From assembly GCA_015680685.1 (NCBI GenBank), contig MNCI01001986.1:309618-373617 (forward strand): a stretch of DNA of 64,000 nt, read 5' to 3'. The DNA comes from Gnetum montanum. Its lineage: Eukaryota; Plantae; Gnetophyta. Position 1 is the first letter of the stretch, and the number at the start of each line of letters is the position of its first letter. The notes below the pieces were generated by a model that was given only the letters and a program-made list of their open reading frames with translations, was not told where the DNA came from and made no database searches. Below, one piece after another: positions 62,239-64,000 of the stretch. Both the position numbers and the translations under genes were made by a program.

Positions 62239-62908
62239 NNNNNNNNNNNNNNNNNNNNNNNNNNNNNNNNNNNNNNNNNNNNNNNNNNNNNNNNNNNNNN
62301 NNNNNNNNNNNNNNNNNNNNNNNNNNNNNNNNNNNNNNNNNNNNNNNNNNNNNNNNNNNNNNNNNNNNNNNNNNNNNNNNNNNNNNNNNNNNNNNNNNNN
62401 NNNNNNNNNNNNNNNNNNNNNNNNNNNNNNNNNNNNNNNNNNNNNNNNNNNNNNNNNNNNNNNNNNNNNNNNNNNNNNNNNNNNNNNNNNNNNNNNNNNN
62501 NNNNNNNNNNNNNNNNNNNNNNNNNNNNNNNNNNNNNNNNNNNNNNNNNNNNNNNNNNNNNNNNNNNNNNNNNNNNNNNNNNNNNNNNNNNNNNNNNNNN
62601 NNNNNNNNNNNNNNNNNNNNNNNNNNNNNNNNNNNNNNNNNNNNNNNNNNNNNNNNNNNNNNNNNNNNNNNNNNNNNNNNNNNNNNNNNNNNNNNNNNNN
62701 NNNNNNNNNNNNNNNNNNNNNNNNNNNNNNNNNNNNNNNNNNNNNNNNNNNNNNNNNNNNNNNNNNNNNNNNNNNNNNNNNNNNNNNNNNNNNNNNNNNN
62801 NNNNNNNNNNNNNNNNNNNNNNNNNNNNNNNNNNNNNNNNNNNNNNNNNNNNNNNNNNNNNNNNNNNNNNNNNNNNNNNNNNNNNNNNNNNNNNNNNNNN
62901 NNNNNNNN
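62239..62908. other. Assembly gap (670 N)
   Basis: Run of n. Confidence 1.
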
Positions 62909-63113
62909 GATCGGATCGCGCGTGCGACGCTCGTTTCGTATGGTTGAGTGTAGGGGTACCTCGCCACTCATCATTGGCGTCGTTGCCGGGGATGGTGCTA
63001 GTTATCTAGATTAGTTATATCATACAAGGTCACTGTAAAGAACTTAAAGATATATCTCTTAGGAAGAAGAAGTAATTAAAAAAAAAGAGTCACATCTAAA
63101 TTCACACACAATC

Positions 63114-64000
63114 ATGCCTCTCCTACAAGATAATAATCATGCCACACTTAGTGAGGAAGTTCATTGGAGAACCAACAAACCATATGACGATGAAGATTGG
63201 AGTACACAATCTGAGGTGGGGGTTTCTTATAAACATCAACAAAAACAACGTCATCCTAACACAAGAAGAAATAACTTACCCGATGACGATGAAGCCCCAC
63301 TGGCCACTATAAGCCTAATGCAAATACAAGGGGTTGTTCGAATCTCACGTAGGCATTGTAAAGAGAGCCAGCTACCAAGGCTCGATTTAAACAACTTTCC
63401 TACTTTTTCAGGAGGCTATGACTTAGATCCGTATCAACATTTACAAGCCTTCTACGATGCTTGCACATGGAACAATGTTGATAATGGCTGGCAAAAACTT
63501 AAGCTCTTTCCTATGACACTCGTTGACCAAGCTAAAGTATGGTATAGATCGTTGAAAACAAATTCAATACGACGCTGGTCAACAATGGTAGAGGTCTATA
63601 ATGAAAAATATCAAACCTACGCAAGAGTGTCAGCCTTGAGGAAACAAATCCAAGGATGGAAACAAGCAAAACATGAACCCTTGGACATGGCCTTAGAAAG
63701 ATACTATGCACTGTTAAACAATTGTCCAGGCCATGGGTTTTCCGAGGAAAGGCTAATGTATCATATTATTGATGGGCTACGTAATGAAACAAGAGAGACC
63801 TTAGGAACATATGCCCGAGGTCAACTATACAACCTACAAACCGATCAAATCCAAGATCTTATTAAGCGGGTAGCAAAAGAAGAAGGAGAAATAGCTACAT
63901 GGGAGAGCGTTGAAAAACATCAACGGGACCAAGATTTTAACTCAACAAAGGTCCCTGAACATAACAAGGAGAAATCAACAAATCTCAAGGTGGAAACATC
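63114..64000 (+). CDS. gag: Retrotransposon Gag, open for 295 codons to the window edge
   Basis: MPLLQDNNHATLSEEVHWRTN..FPTFSGGYDLDPYQHLQAFYDACTW..KLKLFPMTL..WYRSL..CPGHGFSEERLMYHIIDGL with no stop by manual translation; absent from the ORF track because no stop is reached. Confidence 0.9.
   Translation, partial: MPLLQDNNHATLSEEVHWRTNKPYDDEDWSTQSEVGVSYKHQQKQRHPNTRRNNLPDDDEAPLATISLMQIQGVVRISRRHCKESQLPRLDLNNFPTFSGGYDLDPYQHLQAFYDACTWNNVDNGWQKLKLFPMTLVDQAKVWYRSLKTNSIRRWSTMVEVYNEKYQTYARVSALRKQIQGWKQAKHEPLDMALERYYALLNNCPGHGFSEERLMYHIIDGLRNETRETLGTYARGQLYNLQTDQIQDLIKRVAKEEGEIATWESVEKHQRDQDFNSTKVPEHNKEKSTNLKVET

Larger units (their letters stand above)
61832..64000 (+). mobile_element. Young Athila-type element of family E (5' LTR 61832-62973 spanning the gap, PBS, gag start); continues beyond the window
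   Basis: TGATGAG at 61832, CTCATCA ending at 62973; PBS TGGCGTCGTTGCCGGGGA (62975-62992, tRNA-Asp); collinear with 42780-43860. Confidence 0.93.

Noticed and set aside
62170-63009. Long ORFs of 245-279 aa in the track
   Set aside because: Artefacts of translating the N gap.

Overview
Plant nuclear DNA (seed-plant-like; species cannot be fixed from the sequence). About 53 kb is a nested stack of decayed LTR retrotransposons: several Athila-type Ty3/gypsy elements with tRNA-Asp PBS, the 3' end of a probable Ogre/Tat element, a Sirevirus-type Ty1/copia family in three states of decay, and a small tRNA-derived SINE family. One intact host gene follows: an 8-exon WRINKLED1-like double-AP2 transcription factor (56463-59467, +, 453 aa) with the 9-nt VYL micro-exon and an RY/G-box/CCAAT-rich GC island upstream. 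The window ends in tandem repeats and a young Athila-type insertion with an open gag frame. Two things stand out. First, a pol-less Athila-type element (42454-50727) keeps gag plus a ~925-codon accessory ORF that appears to have its own internal promoter, built from the LTR's CpG palindrome, and a leader intron. Second, a 3.49-kb TG..CA insertion with a perfect 5-bp TSD (9959-13448) carries a captured condensin CAP-G fragment. Family assignments come from motif recognition by eye; no searches were run.
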